Assembly: GCF_000008465.1 (NCBI RefSeq)
Contig: NC_006512.1
Span: 330,001 to 362,000 of the forward strand
Length of the DNA: 32,000 nt
DNA from: Idiomarina loihiensis L2TR
Lineage (GTDB): Bacteria > Pseudomonadota > Gammaproteobacteria > Enterobacterales > Alteromonadaceae
Direction of reading: 5' to 3'
A program made the translations under genes and the position numbers. Positions 21,092-32,000 of this stretch are shown here, in pieces. The notes under the pieces are model-generated. The model was not told the DNA's origin and made no database searches. It was given only the letters and a program-made list of their open reading frames with translations. Each line of letters opens with the position of its first letter. Positions within the stretch are counted from its first letter, which is position 1.

Positions 21092-21520
21092 ATGGCGAAG
21101 AAAGTATCGGCCATTATCAAATTACAGGTAGCTGCTGGTTCAGCTAACCCGTCACCGCCAGTTGGTCCTGCATTGGGTCAGCACGGTGTGAACATTATGG
21201 AATTCTGTAAAGCGTTCAACGCACAGACCGACAGCCTGGAAAAAGGCGCTCCGGTTCCTGTTGAAATTACAGTGTTCGAAGACCGTTCATTCACATTTAT
21301 TACCAAAACGCCTCCTGCGTCTTTCTTATTGAAGAAAGCGGCTGGTATCAAAAGTGGTTCAGGCGAGCCGAACACCAAGAAAGTTGGTACGGTAACTCGC
21401 GCGCAATTAGAAGAAATTGCGAAAACTAAAGAACCAGACCTGACTGCTGCCGACATGGACGCAGCTGTACGCACTATCGCCGGCTCTGCTCGCGCGATGG
21501 GCTTGAACGTGGAGGGCTAA
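21092..21520 (+). CDS. rplK: 50S ribosomal protein L11
   Basis: 142 aa. [44 protein letters not shown]. Confidence 0.98.
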   Translation: MAKKVSAIIKLQVAAGSANPSPPVGPALGQHGVNIMEFCKAFNAQTDSLEKGAPVPVEITVFEDRSFTFITKTPPASFLLKKAAGIKSGSGEPNTKKVGTVTRAQLEEIAKTKEPDLTAADMDAAVRTIAGSARAMGLNVEG

Positions 21521-21523
21521 TCA

Positions 21524-22219
21524 ATGGCTAAATTAACAAAACGCGCTCGTATGATCGCAGAGAAAGTTGAAGCCCGTGATTACGATGTGAATGAAGCGAT
21601 TACTCTGTTAAAAGAGTTAGCAACAGCAAAATTCACTGAAAGTGTTGATGTCGCAGTAAACTTAGGCATCGATGCTCGTAAATCTGACCAAAACGTTCGT
21701 GGTGCTACGGTACTGCCAAACGGTACTGGCCGTGACGTTCGTGTTGCTGTATTCACTTCAGGTGACAATGCAGAAAAAGCGAAAGCAGCCGGTGCAGATA
21801 TCGTTGGTATGGAAGACTTAGCAGCGCAAGTTAAGAAAGGTGAAATGAACTTCGACGTAGTCGTTGCATCACCTGACGCAATGCGTGTTGTTGGTCAATT
21901 AGGTCAAATCTTAGGTCCACGTGGCCTGATGCCTAACCCGAAAACTGGTACTGTAACTCCAGACGTAGCAACTGCAGTTAAAAACGCTAAAGCGGGTCAG
22001 GTTCGCTATCGCAACGATAAAAACGGTATTGTTCATGCAACAATCGGCCGTGTTGACTTCGATAACGACAAATTGAAAGAAAACCTTGAAGCTCTGCTGG
22101 CAGCTCTTAAGAAAGCTAAGCCTTCTTCAGCTAAAGGTGTTTTTGTAAAACGCATTAGCCTGTCCACAACAATGGGTGCTGGTGTGAGCATTGACCAGGC
22201 AACTGTAGCAGCGGTTTAA
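21524..22219 (+). CDS. rplA: 50S ribosomal protein L1
   Basis: 231 aa. [15 protein letters not shown]...[33 protein letters not shown]. Confidence 0.98.
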
Positions 22220-22486
22220 TTCGCTTCAGTCAGGTTAGTGTAATGGTTTATGGGTTGGAGCTGCCGTGGCGTTGCTAAGGCGCAACAAAACAAGGCTCCC
22301 GTCCAAGACCGTAGGTGTACCGCGAGAATCTCAGAATATCGAGTAGTGGCACTTAATTTCCTACGCAGATGGTGATATCCGACTCAGGCTCTCTGGGTAG
22401 AGAATCACCGTGACAACGCGGTGGGTTTTATCCCACCTAATTGTAACGAGGGACTTCGGTCCCAAATTGAAAACGAGGTGATATCA
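22220..22486 (+). promoter_or_regulatory. rplJL leader region (L10 promoter plus structured 5' UTR; candidate L10-(L7/L12)4 binding site)
   Basis: A 267-nt non-coding spacer with several stems: GGAGC...GCTCC (about 22257-22303), CGTAGG...CCTACG (about 22310-22366), GGTGGG-TTTTAT-CCCACC (22421-22438) and GGGAC-TTCG-GTCCC (22450-22463). It corresponds by position to the E. coli L10 leader. I could not place the promoter hexamers convincingly. Confidence 0.5.
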
Positions 22487-23005
22487 GTGGCAATTGGTTT
22501 AGCCGGAAAGAAAGCCATCGTTAAGGAAGTTAACGACGTTGCTTCAAATGCGCTAGCCGTCACCGTTGCTGAATATCGAGGCATCGAAGTAGCCGATATG
22601 ACTGCGCTGCGTAAGAAAGCTCGCGAGCAGGGTATTTTCGTTAAAGTTGTACGAAATACACTGGCAAAACGCGCTTTTGAAGGCACACAGTTTGACGACA
22701 TGGGCGATGCACTTAAAGGACCTCTTGTTTATGGGTTTTCTATGGACGCACCGGGCGCTTCAGCTCGTTTGTTCAAAGACTTCTCAAAAGAAAACAAGAA
22801 CTTGCAAGTGACAGCTCTGTCAATCGGTAATGGCATCATGGGTCCAGAAAAATTGGACGCAGTTGCTTCACTTCCGACTCGTGACGAAGCATTGGCTAAA
22901 TTGCTCGCCACCTTCAAAGAACCGGTTAGCAAATTCGTTAAAACAGTTAACGAAGTACCTAGCAAGTTCGTTAGAACGTTGGCAGCAATTAAAGACGCTA
23001 AATAA
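22487..23005 (+). CDS. rplJ: 50S ribosomal protein L10
   Basis: The GTG at 22487 lies 6 nt after [26 protein letters not shown]... aligns with E. coli [20 protein letters not shown]... The ORF-track start at 22421 reads through the leader and is rejected. Confidence 0.93.
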   Translation: MAIGLAGKKAIVKEVNDVASNALAVTVAEYRGIEVADMTALRKKAREQGIFVKVVRNTLAKRAFEGTQFDDMGDALKGPLVYGFSMDAPGASARLFKDFSKENKNLQVTALSIGNGIMGPEKLDAVASLPTRDEALAKLLATFKEPVSKFVKTVNEVPSKFVRTLAAIKDAK

Positions 23006-23059
23006 TACGTTGGTTTTTTAACCATTTTTTTGTAATTATAAACCCAGGAGTTTAGAGTA

Positions 23060-23434
23060 ATGGCTCTGACTAAAGACGACATCTTAAACGCGATCGCTGA
23101 AATGCCAGTAATGGAACTGGTTGAACTGATCGAAGCAGCTGAAGAAAAATTCGGCGTTGACGCATCTGCAGCAGTAGCAGTAGCTGCTCCAGCAGCAGGC
23201 GGCGAAGCAGCAGCTGAAGAAAAAACTGAATTTGACGTAGTACTGAAAGCAGCTGGCGCAAACAAAGTTTCCGCTATCAAAGCTGTTCGCGGCGCAACTG
23301 GCCTTGGCTTGAAAGAAGCTAAAGCTATGGTTGAGTCTGCACCAGTAGCAGTTAAAGAAGGTGTAAGCAAAGACGAAGCTGAAGAGCTGAAAAAGCAGCT
23401 TGAAGAAGCTGGTGCGGAAGTTGAAGTTAAGTAA
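23060..23434 (+). CDS. rplL: 50S ribosomal protein L7/L12
   Basis: 124 aa with an N-terminal dimerisation helix, an Ala-rich hinge and the C-terminal domain [29 protein letters not shown] lies upstream. Confidence 0.98.
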   Translation: MALTKDDILNAIAEMPVMELVELIEAAEEKFGVDASAAVAVAAPAAGGEAAAEEKTEFDVVLKAAGANKVSAIKAVRGATGLGLKEAKAMVESAPVAVKEGVSKDEAEELKKQLEEAGAEVEVK

Positions 23435-23470
23435 TTTAACTTTTGTACGACATATGGCCTTTTAGGCCTC

Positions 23471-23502
23471 GGGCTGGTGGTTAATTAACCACCAGCCCTT
23501 TT
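23471..23502 (+). terminator. rplL-rpoB attenuator (partial intrinsic terminator)
   Basis: A perfect 28-nt palindrome, GGGCTGGTGGTTAATTAACCACCAGCCC, followed by TTTT. A smaller GGCCT-TTT-AGGCC hairpin lies just upstream (23456-23468). The position matches the known E. coli attenuator between rplL and rpoB. Confidence 0.75.
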
Positions 23503-23651
23503 GCGCTGTATCGCTTGTATCATTTTGCCCGAGGTTGGATACAGATAAGCGAAAAAAATAACAACGGGATCGACAGATAAAAGATTAATCTGTTTTTAAC
23601 CATCGAACCACTCGTTGGTTAGGGTCATCAATCAGCTAGCTGAGGAACCCC

Positions 23652-26600
23652 ATGGCGTACTCCTACTCTGAAAAAAAACGTATTCGTAAGGATTTCGGTA
23701 AACGACCTCAGGTCTTAGAAGTTCCTTATTTGCTGTCTATGCAGCTTGATTCATTTAAGAAATTTATTGAAGTCGATCCAGAAGCCAATAATGGTCTGGA
23801 AGCGGCTTTTCGTTCGGTCTTTCCTATTGCCAGTTATTCTGGTACTGCGGAACTACAGTACGTCAGTTATCACATGGGTGAGCCGGCGTTTGACGTTGAA
23901 GAATGTCAGATCCGGGGCATTACCTACTCAGCACCATTGCGTGTGAAACTGCGTCTGGTGCTGTTTGATAAAGAAGCAGCTGCCGGTACAGTTAAAGACA
24001 TTAAAGAACAAGAAGTGTACATGGGCGAAATTCCGTTAATGACAGAAAACGGAACCTTCGTTATCAATGGCACAGAGCGAGTTATCGTTTCTCAGCTCCA
24101 CCGTTCACCTGGTGTGTTCTTTGATCACGACAAAGGTAAATCACACTCGTCAGGTAAAGTCCTGTATAACGCGCGTGTTATTCCTTACCGTGGCTCTTGG
24201 TTGGATTTTGAATTTGATCCTAAAGACAACGTTTTTGTACGTATCGACCGTCGTCGTAAATTACCGGCGTCAATTATTCTTCGTGCTCTGGAATACAGCA
24301 CTGAAGAAATTCTCGATATGTTCTTCGACACAACGTACTTTGAAATCCTTAAAACTAAGGTGAAAATGCAGTTGGTGCCTGAGCGTCTGCGTGGCGAGAC
24401 CGCCAAGTTCGACATCAAAGGTGCTGAAGGCGAAGTACTGGTCGAAAAAGGCCGTCGTATTACCGCACGTCACATCCGCCAGTTGGAGCAACTGGACATT
24501 AAAGAGATGGAAGTGCCGGCAGAATACATGGTCGGAAAAGTATTAGCGAAAGACTACGCGAATAAGAAAACTGGCGAAGTGGTCGGTCACGCGAATGACG
24601 TGCTGACACTTGAGCTTATCGCCGAGCTTAGCGAAGCGGGTATTAAGAAAATTGAAACGCTGTTCGTTAACGATTTGGATCACGGTCCATACATGAGCGA
24701 AACCTTACGCGTTGATTCAAGCAACAACCGCTTAGAAGCTTTGGTTGAAATCTATCGCATGATGCGTCCGGGCGAGCCGCCAACACGCGAAGCCGCCGAA
24801 ACTCTATTTGATAACCTGTTCTTCAGCGAAGAACGTTATGACTTATCAACTGTTGGCCGCATGAAGTTCAACCGTCGTTTGGGTCGTGAAGACTTAAGCG
24901 GTGATAACACGTTGTCCAGAGAAGACATCGTCGAAGTCATGAAAAAACTTATCGAAATCCGTAACGGTTTAGATGAAGTTGATGACATTGACCACCTGGG
25001 TAACCGTCGTATACGTTCAGTCGGCGAAATGGCAGAAAACCAATTCCGTGTCGGTTTGGTACGTGTAGAACGCGCAGTAAAAGAACGCTTGTCGCTGGGT
25101 GACTTAGACAACACCATGCCTCAAGACCTGATTAACGCGAAGCCAATTAGTGCTGCGGTTAAAGAGTTCTTTGGTTCAAGCCAGCTGTCGCAATTTATGG
25201 ACCAGAACAACCCATTGTCAGAAGTGACGCATAAGCGTCGTATCTCTGCTTTAGGTCCGGGTGGTTTGACTCGTGAACGTGCCGGTTTCGAAGTTCGTGA
25301 CGTACATCCAACGCACTATGGTCGTTTGTGTCCGATTGAAACTCCAGAAGGCCCGAACATCGGTCTAATCAACTCGCTGTCGACTTTCTCACGTACGAAT
25401 GAATATGGCTTCTTGGAAACGCCTTATCGTCGTATTGAGAACGGCTCTGTTACAGACGACGTTGACTATTTGTCCGCAATCGAAGAAGGCAACTACGTTA
25501 TCGCCCAGGCGAACGTAGGTCTGAACGATAAAGGCGAGTTGACTGAAGATTTGGTACCTTGCCGCCATAAAAACGAATTTACGCTGATGAGTAAAGAGCA
25601 AGTCCAGTACATGGACGTTGCACCTCAGCAAATCGTTTCTATCGCAGCAAGTATGATCCCGTTCCTTGAACACGATGATGCTAACCGAGCCTTGATGGGC
25701 TCGAACATGCAACGTCAGGCCGTTCCTACATTGCGCGCTGATAAGCCGCTGGTCGGAACCGGTATCGAACGCACTATCGCAGTTGACTCCGGTGTTACCG
25801 TTGTTGCTAAGCGTGGTGGTGTTGTCGATTACGTAGACGCCAGTCGTATCGTGGTTAAGGTTAACGAAGAAGAGATGGTCCCGGGTGAAGCGGGCATCGA
25901 CATTTATAACCTGACTAAATACACGCGCTCTAACCAGAACACTTGTATTAACCAAAAACCAACCGTGAACCCAGGTGAACCTGTAACACGCGGTGACGTT
26001 TTAGCTGATGGTCCGTCAACTGACTTAGGTGAATTAGCACTGGGTCAGAACATGCGTGTGGCCTTCATGCCTTGGAATGGTTATAACTTCGAGGATTCGA
26101 TTCTGATTTCTGAGCGCGTAGCGCAAGAAGATCGGATGACAACCATCCATATTCAAGAATTAAACTGTGTTGCTCGTGATACCAAGTTGGGTGCTGAGGA
26201 GATTACCTCTGATATACCAAACGTTGGTGAGTCTGCATTAGGTAAGCTGGATGAATCCGGTGTTGTTTATGTCGGTGCAGAAGTTAATGGCGGCGACATT
26301 CTGGTCGGTAAAGTCACCCCTAAAGGTGAAACGCAGTTAACGCCGGAAGAGAAACTCTTGCGAGCTATCTTCGGTGAGAAAGCGTCTGATGTAAAAGACA
26401 GCTCTCTGCGTGTACCAAATGGTGTCAACGGTACAGTTATTGACGTACAAGTATTCACTCGTGATGGCGTTGAAAAAGATAAGCGCGCGGTAGCGATTGA
26501 AGAAATGCAGCTGGCTAAGGTTAAGAAAGACCTGACAGAAGAATTCAAGATTCTTGAAGAAGGTATTTACAACCGAGCTCGCAACTTGTTGTTAAGTAAT

Positions 26601-27680
26601 GGCTTTGATGAAGCAAAACTGGCGAGCGTCGATCGCTCAAGCTGGTTGACTCAGGACTTAGGCAACGAAGACGCACAAGCTCAATTAGAGCAAATTGCTG
26701 AGCAGTACCAGCAAATTCGTGACGACTTCGACACTAAGTTTGAGACTAAGCGTCGTAAGATCACTCAAGGCGATGATTTAGCGCCGGGTGTTCTGAAAAT
26801 CGTTAAGGTTTACTTAGCCGTACGCCGTAGTATCCAGCCTGGTGATAAACTGGCTGGCCGTCACGGTAACAAAGGTGTTATCTCAACCATCATTCCTGTG
26901 GAAGATATGCCACACGATGATGAAGGGAACCCGGTCGATATCGTATTGAACCCGCTGGGTGTACCTTCGCGGATGAACATCGGTCAGATCCTGGAAACAC
27001 ACTTAGGTATGGCGGCTCGCGGTATTGGTAGCAAGATCGAAAAAATGCTGAAACAGCAACGTGCTATCTCTGAATTACGCGACTTTTTACAGCAGGTGTA
27101 CGACTTGGGCGAAAGCCGTCAGAAAGTAGACATTACTGAGTTTACTGATGATGAAGTGATGCGCTTAGCCGGTAACTTGAAAGCCGGTCTGCCAACAGCT
27201 ACACCTGTATTTGATGGTGCAGTTGAAGAAGAAATTAAGGCACTGTTGAAGCTTGCAGACTTACCTGAATCTGGTCAGATTCGGTTATTCGACGGCCGTA
27301 CGGGTGATAAATTTGAACGTGACGTAACCGTTGGTTACATGTACATGCTCAAACTGAACCACTTGGTCGACGATAAAATGCACGCACGTTCAACTGGCTC
27401 GTACAGCTTGGTTACTCAACAACCACTGGGTGGTAAAGCTCAGTTTGGTGGTCAGCGCTTCGGTGAGATGGAAGTCTGGGCATTGGAAGCATATGGTGCG
27501 GCTTATACCTTGCAAGAAATGTTGACAGTTAAGTCGGACGACGTGAACGGTCGTACGAAGATGTACAAAAACATTGTCGACAACAACTTGCAGATGGAAG
27601 CGGGCATGCCGGAATCCTTCAACGTATTGTTGAAAGAAATCCGCTCGCTGGGCATCAATATCGAGCTAGAACAGAACTAA
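23652..27680 (+). CDS. rpoB: DNA-directed RNA polymerase subunit beta
   Basis: 1342 aa, the same length as E. coli Rpo[36 protein letters not shown] and the rifampicin-cluster region [34 protein letters not shown]. Confidence 0.99.
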
Positions 27681-27703
27681 GACGCTGTTGCTGGAATAAA
27701 TTG

Positions 27704-27723
27704 GGGGAGTGCTTGCGCTCCCC
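27704..27723 (+). other. Small hairpin in the rpoB-rpoC spacer
   Basis: GGGGAGTG-CTTG-CGCTCCCC (8 bp including one G-U pair). No U-tract. It lies about 30 nt upstream of the rpoC GTG. Function unknown. Confidence 0.3.
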
Positions 27724-27752
27724 GTAGGTTGAACTCCGACAGGAGATAAATC

Positions 27753-30700
27753 GTGAAAGACTTGCTGAAGCTTTTAAAGCCGACGAATCAGGCAGAAGAG
27801 TTTGATGGTATTCGCATCGCTCTTTCGTCTCCAGATATGATCCGTAGTTGGTCATATGGTGAGGTGAAAAAACCTGAAACTATTAATTACCGTACCTTTA
27901 AGCCGGAACGTGATGGTTTGTTCTGTGCCCGTATTTTTGGTCCGGTAAAAGACTATGAGTGCTTGTGTGGTAAATACAAGCGCCTTAAGCACCGTGGTGT
28001 CATCTGTGAGAAGTGTGGCGTTGAAGTTACACTGACTAAAGTGCGCCGTGAGCGTATGGGTCACATTGAACTGGCCAGCCCGGTTGCGCACATCTGGTTC
28101 CTTAAATCATTGCCGTCGCGCATTGGTTTAATGCTGGATATGACTCTGCGTGATATCGAACGTGTACTGTATTTCGAATCTTACGTTGTTACAGAGGGTG
28201 GTTTAACCTCTCTTGAGCAGGGTCAAATCCTGACTGAAGACGAATACTTAGACGCACTTGAAGAGCACGGCGACGAATTCGACGCAAAAATGGGTGCAGA
28301 AGCAGTTCTGGATCTGTTACGCGCTGTTGATATCGACGGTGATGTTCAAAAATTACGTGAAGAGTTACCTGAGACAAACTCAGAAACCAAACGTAAGAAA
28401 ATTAGCAAACGACTGAAGTTACTTGAAGCATTCCAGGTATCAAACAACAAGCCTGAGTGGATGATCTTAAAAGTACTTCCAATTCTGCCACCAGACTTAC
28501 GTCCGTTGGTACCGCTTGATGGCGGTCGTTTTGCTACGTCTGATCTTAACGACTTGTATCGTCGCGTAATCAACCGTAACAACCGTCTGAAGCGTCTGTT
28601 AGACCTTGCTGCACCAGATATTATCGTGCGCAACGAAAAACGTATGCTGCAGGAAGCGGTTGATGCGTTGTTAGATAACGGTCGTCGTGGTCGTGCTATT
28701 ACAGGCTCTAACAAACGTCCTCTGAAATCTTTGGCTGACATGATCAAAGGTAAACAGGGTCGTTTCCGTCAGAACCTGCTGGGTAAACGTGTTGACTATT
28801 CAGGCCGTTCGGTTATTACCGTTGGTCCTAAATTGCGCCTGCACCAGTGTGGTCTGCCTAAGAAAATGGCGTTGGAATTATTCAAACCATTTATCTATGG
28901 CAAATTAGAGCGTCGTGGTTTAGCAACAACCATTAAAGCAGCGAAGAAAATGGTTGAGCGCGAAACAGCAGAAGTTTGGGACGTACTTGATGAAGTTATC
29001 AAGGAGCACCCAGTACTGCTTAACCGTGCGCCGACACTTCACCGTTTGGGTATCCAGGCGTTTGAACCGGTACTGATTGAAGGTAAAGCGATTCAACTGC
29101 ATCCGTTGGTCTGTGCGGCTTATAACGCCGACTTTGATGGTGACCAAATGGCTGTGCACTTACCACTGACTTTAGAAGCTCAGTTGGAAGCACGTGCGTT
29201 GATGATGTCTACCAACAACGTACTGTCGCCGGCCAGTGGTGATCCTATTATCGTTCCTTCGCAGGACGTTGTACTTGGTCTGTATTACATGACTAAAGAA
29301 AAAATCAACGGCAAAGGCGAAGGCATGGTTTTCAAAGATCCGAACGAAGCCGAAAAGGCTTACCGTACGGGTCAGGTTGAGTTGCATAGTCGCGTCCGGG
29401 TACGTATCACCGATACCACCATTGATGACGACGGCAATCGTACAACGAAAACCGAACTGCGTGACACCACTTGTGGTCGCGCAATTTTGTCACTGATTAT
29501 GCCGGAAGGTCTGCCTTTTGAACTGATTAACCAGGCTATGGGTAAAAAACCGATTGGCCGTATGTTGAACAAGGCTTATCGCGACCTTGGTTTGAAAGAT
29601 ACAGTCGTTTTCGCTGACCAAATCATGTATACCGGTTTCCATTACGCAATGGTATCGGGTGCGTCGGTTGGTATAAACGACATGGTTATCCCTGAAGCTA
29701 AGAAAGAGATTGTTTCTGCAGCAGAAGAAGAAGTGGCTGAAATTCAGGAACAGTTCGAATCAGGTTTGGTAACTGCCGGTGAGAAATACAACAAAGTTAT
29801 CGATATTTGGTCAACCGCTAACGAGAAAGTCTCGAAAGCGATGATGGATAACTTGTCGAAAGAGATCGTTAAAAACAAAGACGGTGAAGACGAAGAGCAA
29901 GCATCATTTAACTCAGTCTTTATGATGGCGGATTCAGGCGCTCGTGGTAGCCCCGCACAGATTCGTCAGTTGGCCGGTATGCGTGGTTTGATGGCTAAGC
30001 CAGATGGCTCAATCATCGAAACGCCAATCGTTGCTAACTTCCGTGAAGGTCTGAACGTACTTCAGTACTTCATCTCGACGCACGGTGCTCGTAAAGGTTT
30101 GGCCGATACAGCATTGAAAACAGCGAACTCAGGTTACCTGACTCGTCGTTTGGTAGACGTTTCACAAGACGTTGTGATCATGGAAGAAGACTGTGGCACA
30201 TACGAAGGTCTTTACATGAAGCCGCTGATTGAAGGTGGTGACGTTGTAGAACCGCTGCGTGAACGTGTATTGGGTCGTGTTCTTTGTGAGCCGGTAATGA
30301 AACCTGGCAGCGAAGAAGAGCTACTTCCGCGTAATACATTGCTTGATGAAAAAATGTGTGACGTATTGGAAGAGAATTCTATCGACGAAGTTAAAGTTCG
30401 CTCGGTTATTACTTGTGATACAGACTTTGGTGTTTGTGCACACTGTTATGGTCGTGACCTGGCTCGCGGACATATGGTTAACCAGGGTGAAGCGGTTGGT
30501 GTTATAGCAGCACAGTCAATCGGTGAACCGGGTACACAGTTAACCATGCGTACCTTCCACATCGGTGGTGCGGCATCTCGTGCAACAGCTGAAAACAATA
30601 TCCAGGTGAAAAACCCGGGTACAATCAAGCTGCATAACGCTAAATGGGTTGTGAACAGCGATAAAGCACACGTTATTACGTCACGTTCTACAGAGTTAAC

Positions 30701-31988
30701 TCTGACTGATGAATACGGTCGTGAGCGCGAGCGTTACAAAGTACCTTATGGTGCGGTCTTGAAAAAAGGTGAAGGCGACTCAGTAGATGGCGGCGAAACC
30801 GTTGCTAACTGGGACCCGCACACTCACCCAATCATTACCGAGGTAGAAGGTCGTATCAAGTTTGTTGATTTAATTGATGGTGTCACCATGACTCGTCAAA
30901 CCGATGAACTGACAGGCCTTTCAAGCATTGTTGTACTGGAAACAGGTCAGCGCACCAGTGCCGGTAAAGACATGCGTCCAATGGTGAAATTGGTTGATGG
31001 TAAAGGTAACGACGTTAATATCGCCGGTACAGATATCCCTGCGCAATACTTCTTGCCAGGTAACGCTATCATTAACCTGGAAGATAATTCTGAGGTTAAA
31101 ATTGGTGACACCTTAGCGCGTATTCCTCAGGAAGGCTCTAAGACTCGTGATATTACCGGTGGTCTGCCACGTGTTGCTGACTTGTTCGAAGCGCGTAAGC
31201 CAAAAGAACCAGCGATTCTTGCAGAGAAAACCGGTACGGTTTCCTTCGGTAAAGAAACCAAAGGTAAACGTCGCCTATTGATTACCCCAACAGATGGTGG
31301 TGATCAGCACGAAGAGATGATTCCGAAATGGCGTCAACTGAACGTGTTTGAAGGTGAACAAGTGACTAAAGGTGAAGTTATTGCCGATGGTCCAGAAGCA
31401 CCGCACGACATTTTACGCTTACGTGGCGTTAGTGCAGTTGCTAACTATATCGTTAACGAAGTGCAGGAAGTTTACCGTCTGCAGGGTGTTAAAATTAACG
31501 ATAAGCACATTGAAACTATTGTTCGTCAGATGTTGCGTAAGGCGCTTATTTTACGCGCCGGTGATACGAACTTGCTGGAAGGCGAGATGGTTGAAATGTC
31601 AGAGGTGTTAGCAGCTAACGCGAAAGCGGAAGCGGATGGTAAGAAACCAGCAATATTTGAACGTCAGTTGCTGGGTATTACTAAGGCATCGTTGTCGACT
31701 GAATCCTTTATTTCAGCGGCTTCGTTCCAGGAAACAACGCGAGTTCTTACCGAAGCAGCAGTTGGTGGTAAGAAAGACAGCTTACGTGGACTGAAAGAAA
31801 ACGTAATTGTTGGTCGTCTGATTCCTGCAGGTACAGGTTACTCATATCACAAAGAGCGCATGCAGCGTCGACTGGATGAACTGAATGTTGATATCGAGCC
31901 AACTATGACTGCAGAGCAGGCTGAGCAACAACTTGCGGATGCCTTAAATGCTGGAAATAGTTCTGCAGGTGATGATTCTGCAGAATAA
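27753..31988 (+). CDS. rpoC: DNA-directed RNA polymerase subunit beta'
   Basis: 1411 aa with a GTG start, as in E. coli, preceded by [14 protein letters not shown]..., the zinc motif [23 protein letters not shown] and the catalytic NADFDGD. Confidence 0.99.
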   Translation: MKDLLKLLKPTNQAEEFDGIRIALSSPDMIRSWSYGEVKKPETINYRTFKPERDGLFCARIFGPVKDYECLCGKYKRLKHRGVICEKCGVEVTLTKVRRERMGHIELASPVAHIWFLKSLPSRIGLMLDMTLRDIERVLYFESYVVTEGGLTSLEQGQILTEDEYLDALEEHGDEFDAKMGAEAVLDLLRAVDIDGDVQKLREELPETNSETKRKKISKRLKLLEAFQVSNNKPEWMILKVLPILPPDLRPLVPLDGGRFATSDLNDLYRRVINRNNRLKRLLDLAAPDIIVRNEKRMLQEAVDALLDNGRRGRAITGSNKRPLKSLADMIKGKQGRFRQNLLGKRVDYSGRSVITVGPKLRLHQCGLPKKMALELFKPFIYGKLERRGLATTIKAAKKMVERETAEVWDVLDEVIKEHPVLLNRAPTLHRLGIQAFEPVLIEGKAIQLHPLVCAAYNADFDGDQMAVHLPLTLEAQLEARALMMSTNNVLSPASGDPIIVPSQDVVLGLYYMTKEKINGKGEGMVFKDPNEAEKAYRTGQVELHSRVRVRITDTTIDDDGNRTTKTELRDTTCGRAILSLIMPEGLPFELINQAMGKKPIGRMLNKAYRDLGLKDTVVFADQIMYTGFHYAMVSGASVGINDMVIPEAKKEIVSAAEEEVAEIQEQFESGLVTAGEKYNKVIDIWSTANEKVSKAMMDNLSKEIVKNKDGEDEEQASFNSVFMMADSGARGSPAQIRQLAGMRGLMAKPDGSIIETPIVANFREGLNVLQYFISTHGARKGLADTALKTANSGYLTRRLVDVSQDVVIMEEDCGTYEGLYMKPLIEGGDVVEPLRERVLGRVLCEPVMKPGSEEELLPRNTLLDEKMCDVLEENSIDEVKVRSVITCDTDFGVCAHCYGRDLARGHMVNQGEAVGVIAAQSIGEPGTQLTMRTFHIGGAASRATAENNIQVKNPGTIKLHNAKWVVNSDKAHVITSRSTELTLTDEYGRERERYKVPYGAVLKKGEGDSVDGGETVANWDPHTHPIITEVEGRIKFVDLIDGVTMTRQTDELTGLSSIVVLETGQRTSAGKDMRPMVKLVDGKGNDVNIAGTDIPAQYFLPGNAIINLEDNSEVKIGDTLARIPQEGSKTRDITGGLPRVADLFEARKPKEPAILAEKTGTVSFGKETKGKRRLLITPTDGGDQHEEMIPKWRQLNVFEGEQVTKGEVIADGPEAPHDILRLRGVSAVANYIVNEVQEVYRLQGVKINDKHIETIVRQMLRKALILRAGDTNLLEGEMVEMSEVLAANAKAEADGKKPAIFERQLLGITKASLSTESFISAASFQETTRVLTEAAVGGKKDSLRGLKENVIVGRLIPAGTGYSYHKERMQRRLDELNVDIEPTMTAEQAEQQLADALNAGNSSAGDDSAE

Positions 31989-32000
31989 TTAGCGAACGTT

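Noticed and set aside
23006-23059. TGGTT-TTTT-AACCA stem followed by T7 in the rplJ-rplL spacer, considered as a terminator
   Set aside because: The stem is only 5 bp and AT-rich, so it is too weak. rplJ and rplL are co-transcribed and stoichiometrically coupled in all studied bacteria. The T-runs are more likely just AT-rich spacer ahead of the rplL SD.
22729-23370. 213-aa ORF on the minus strand spanning rplJ, the rplJ-rplL spacer and rplL
   Set aside because: It is fully antisense to two highly conserved ribosomal protein genes. The product is low-complexity (Ala/Ser/Thr-rich) and mirrors the GCN/GAA-rich codons opposite. It has no recognisable domain or RBS, so it is a shadow ORF.
25389-25955. 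188-aa minus-strand ORF inside rpoB, plus many 60-130 aa ORFs antisense or out of frame within rpoB, rpoC, tufB, purA, hflK, mutL and nnr
   Set aside because: All are nested in strongly conserved genes and show no motifs or translation signals. They are the open antisense frames expected in long coding regions.

Overview
This window is conserved core genome from a gammaproteobacterium. The clade guess (moderate GC by eye, a gene order seen in marine Alteromonadales/Vibrio-like lineages) is inference only. I can support 27 protein genes (26 complete, 1 partial) and 5 tRNAs, in this order: ompR (3' end)-envZ; sthA (minus); nudE-cysQ; yheU-yheS (minus) divergent from yheV; the nnr-tsaE-amiB-mutL-miaA-hfq-hflX-hflK-hflC superoperon; purA; the tRNA operon thrU-tyrU-glyT-thrT-tufB; tRNA-Trp-secE-nusG; and rplK-rplA-rplJ-rplL-rpoB-rpoC. 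Protein calls rest on alignment from memory to E. coli orthologues; no database search was possible. Every long ORF not listed is an antisense or frame-shadow ORF inside one of these genes. I see no mobile element, CRISPR array, prophage, toxin or defence gene, orphan ORF or compositional break, so I find no support for a novel multi-gene system here and regard this as an ordinary housekeeping region. The remaining observations are small: compact regulatory architecture (stringent-type tRNA promoters, a terminator overlapping a promoter, ribosomal-protein leaders, the rplL-rpoB attenuator), unusual gene junctions, a repeat-bearing hflC-purA spacer, and retained clustering of the poorly characterised yheV/yheS/yheU genes.
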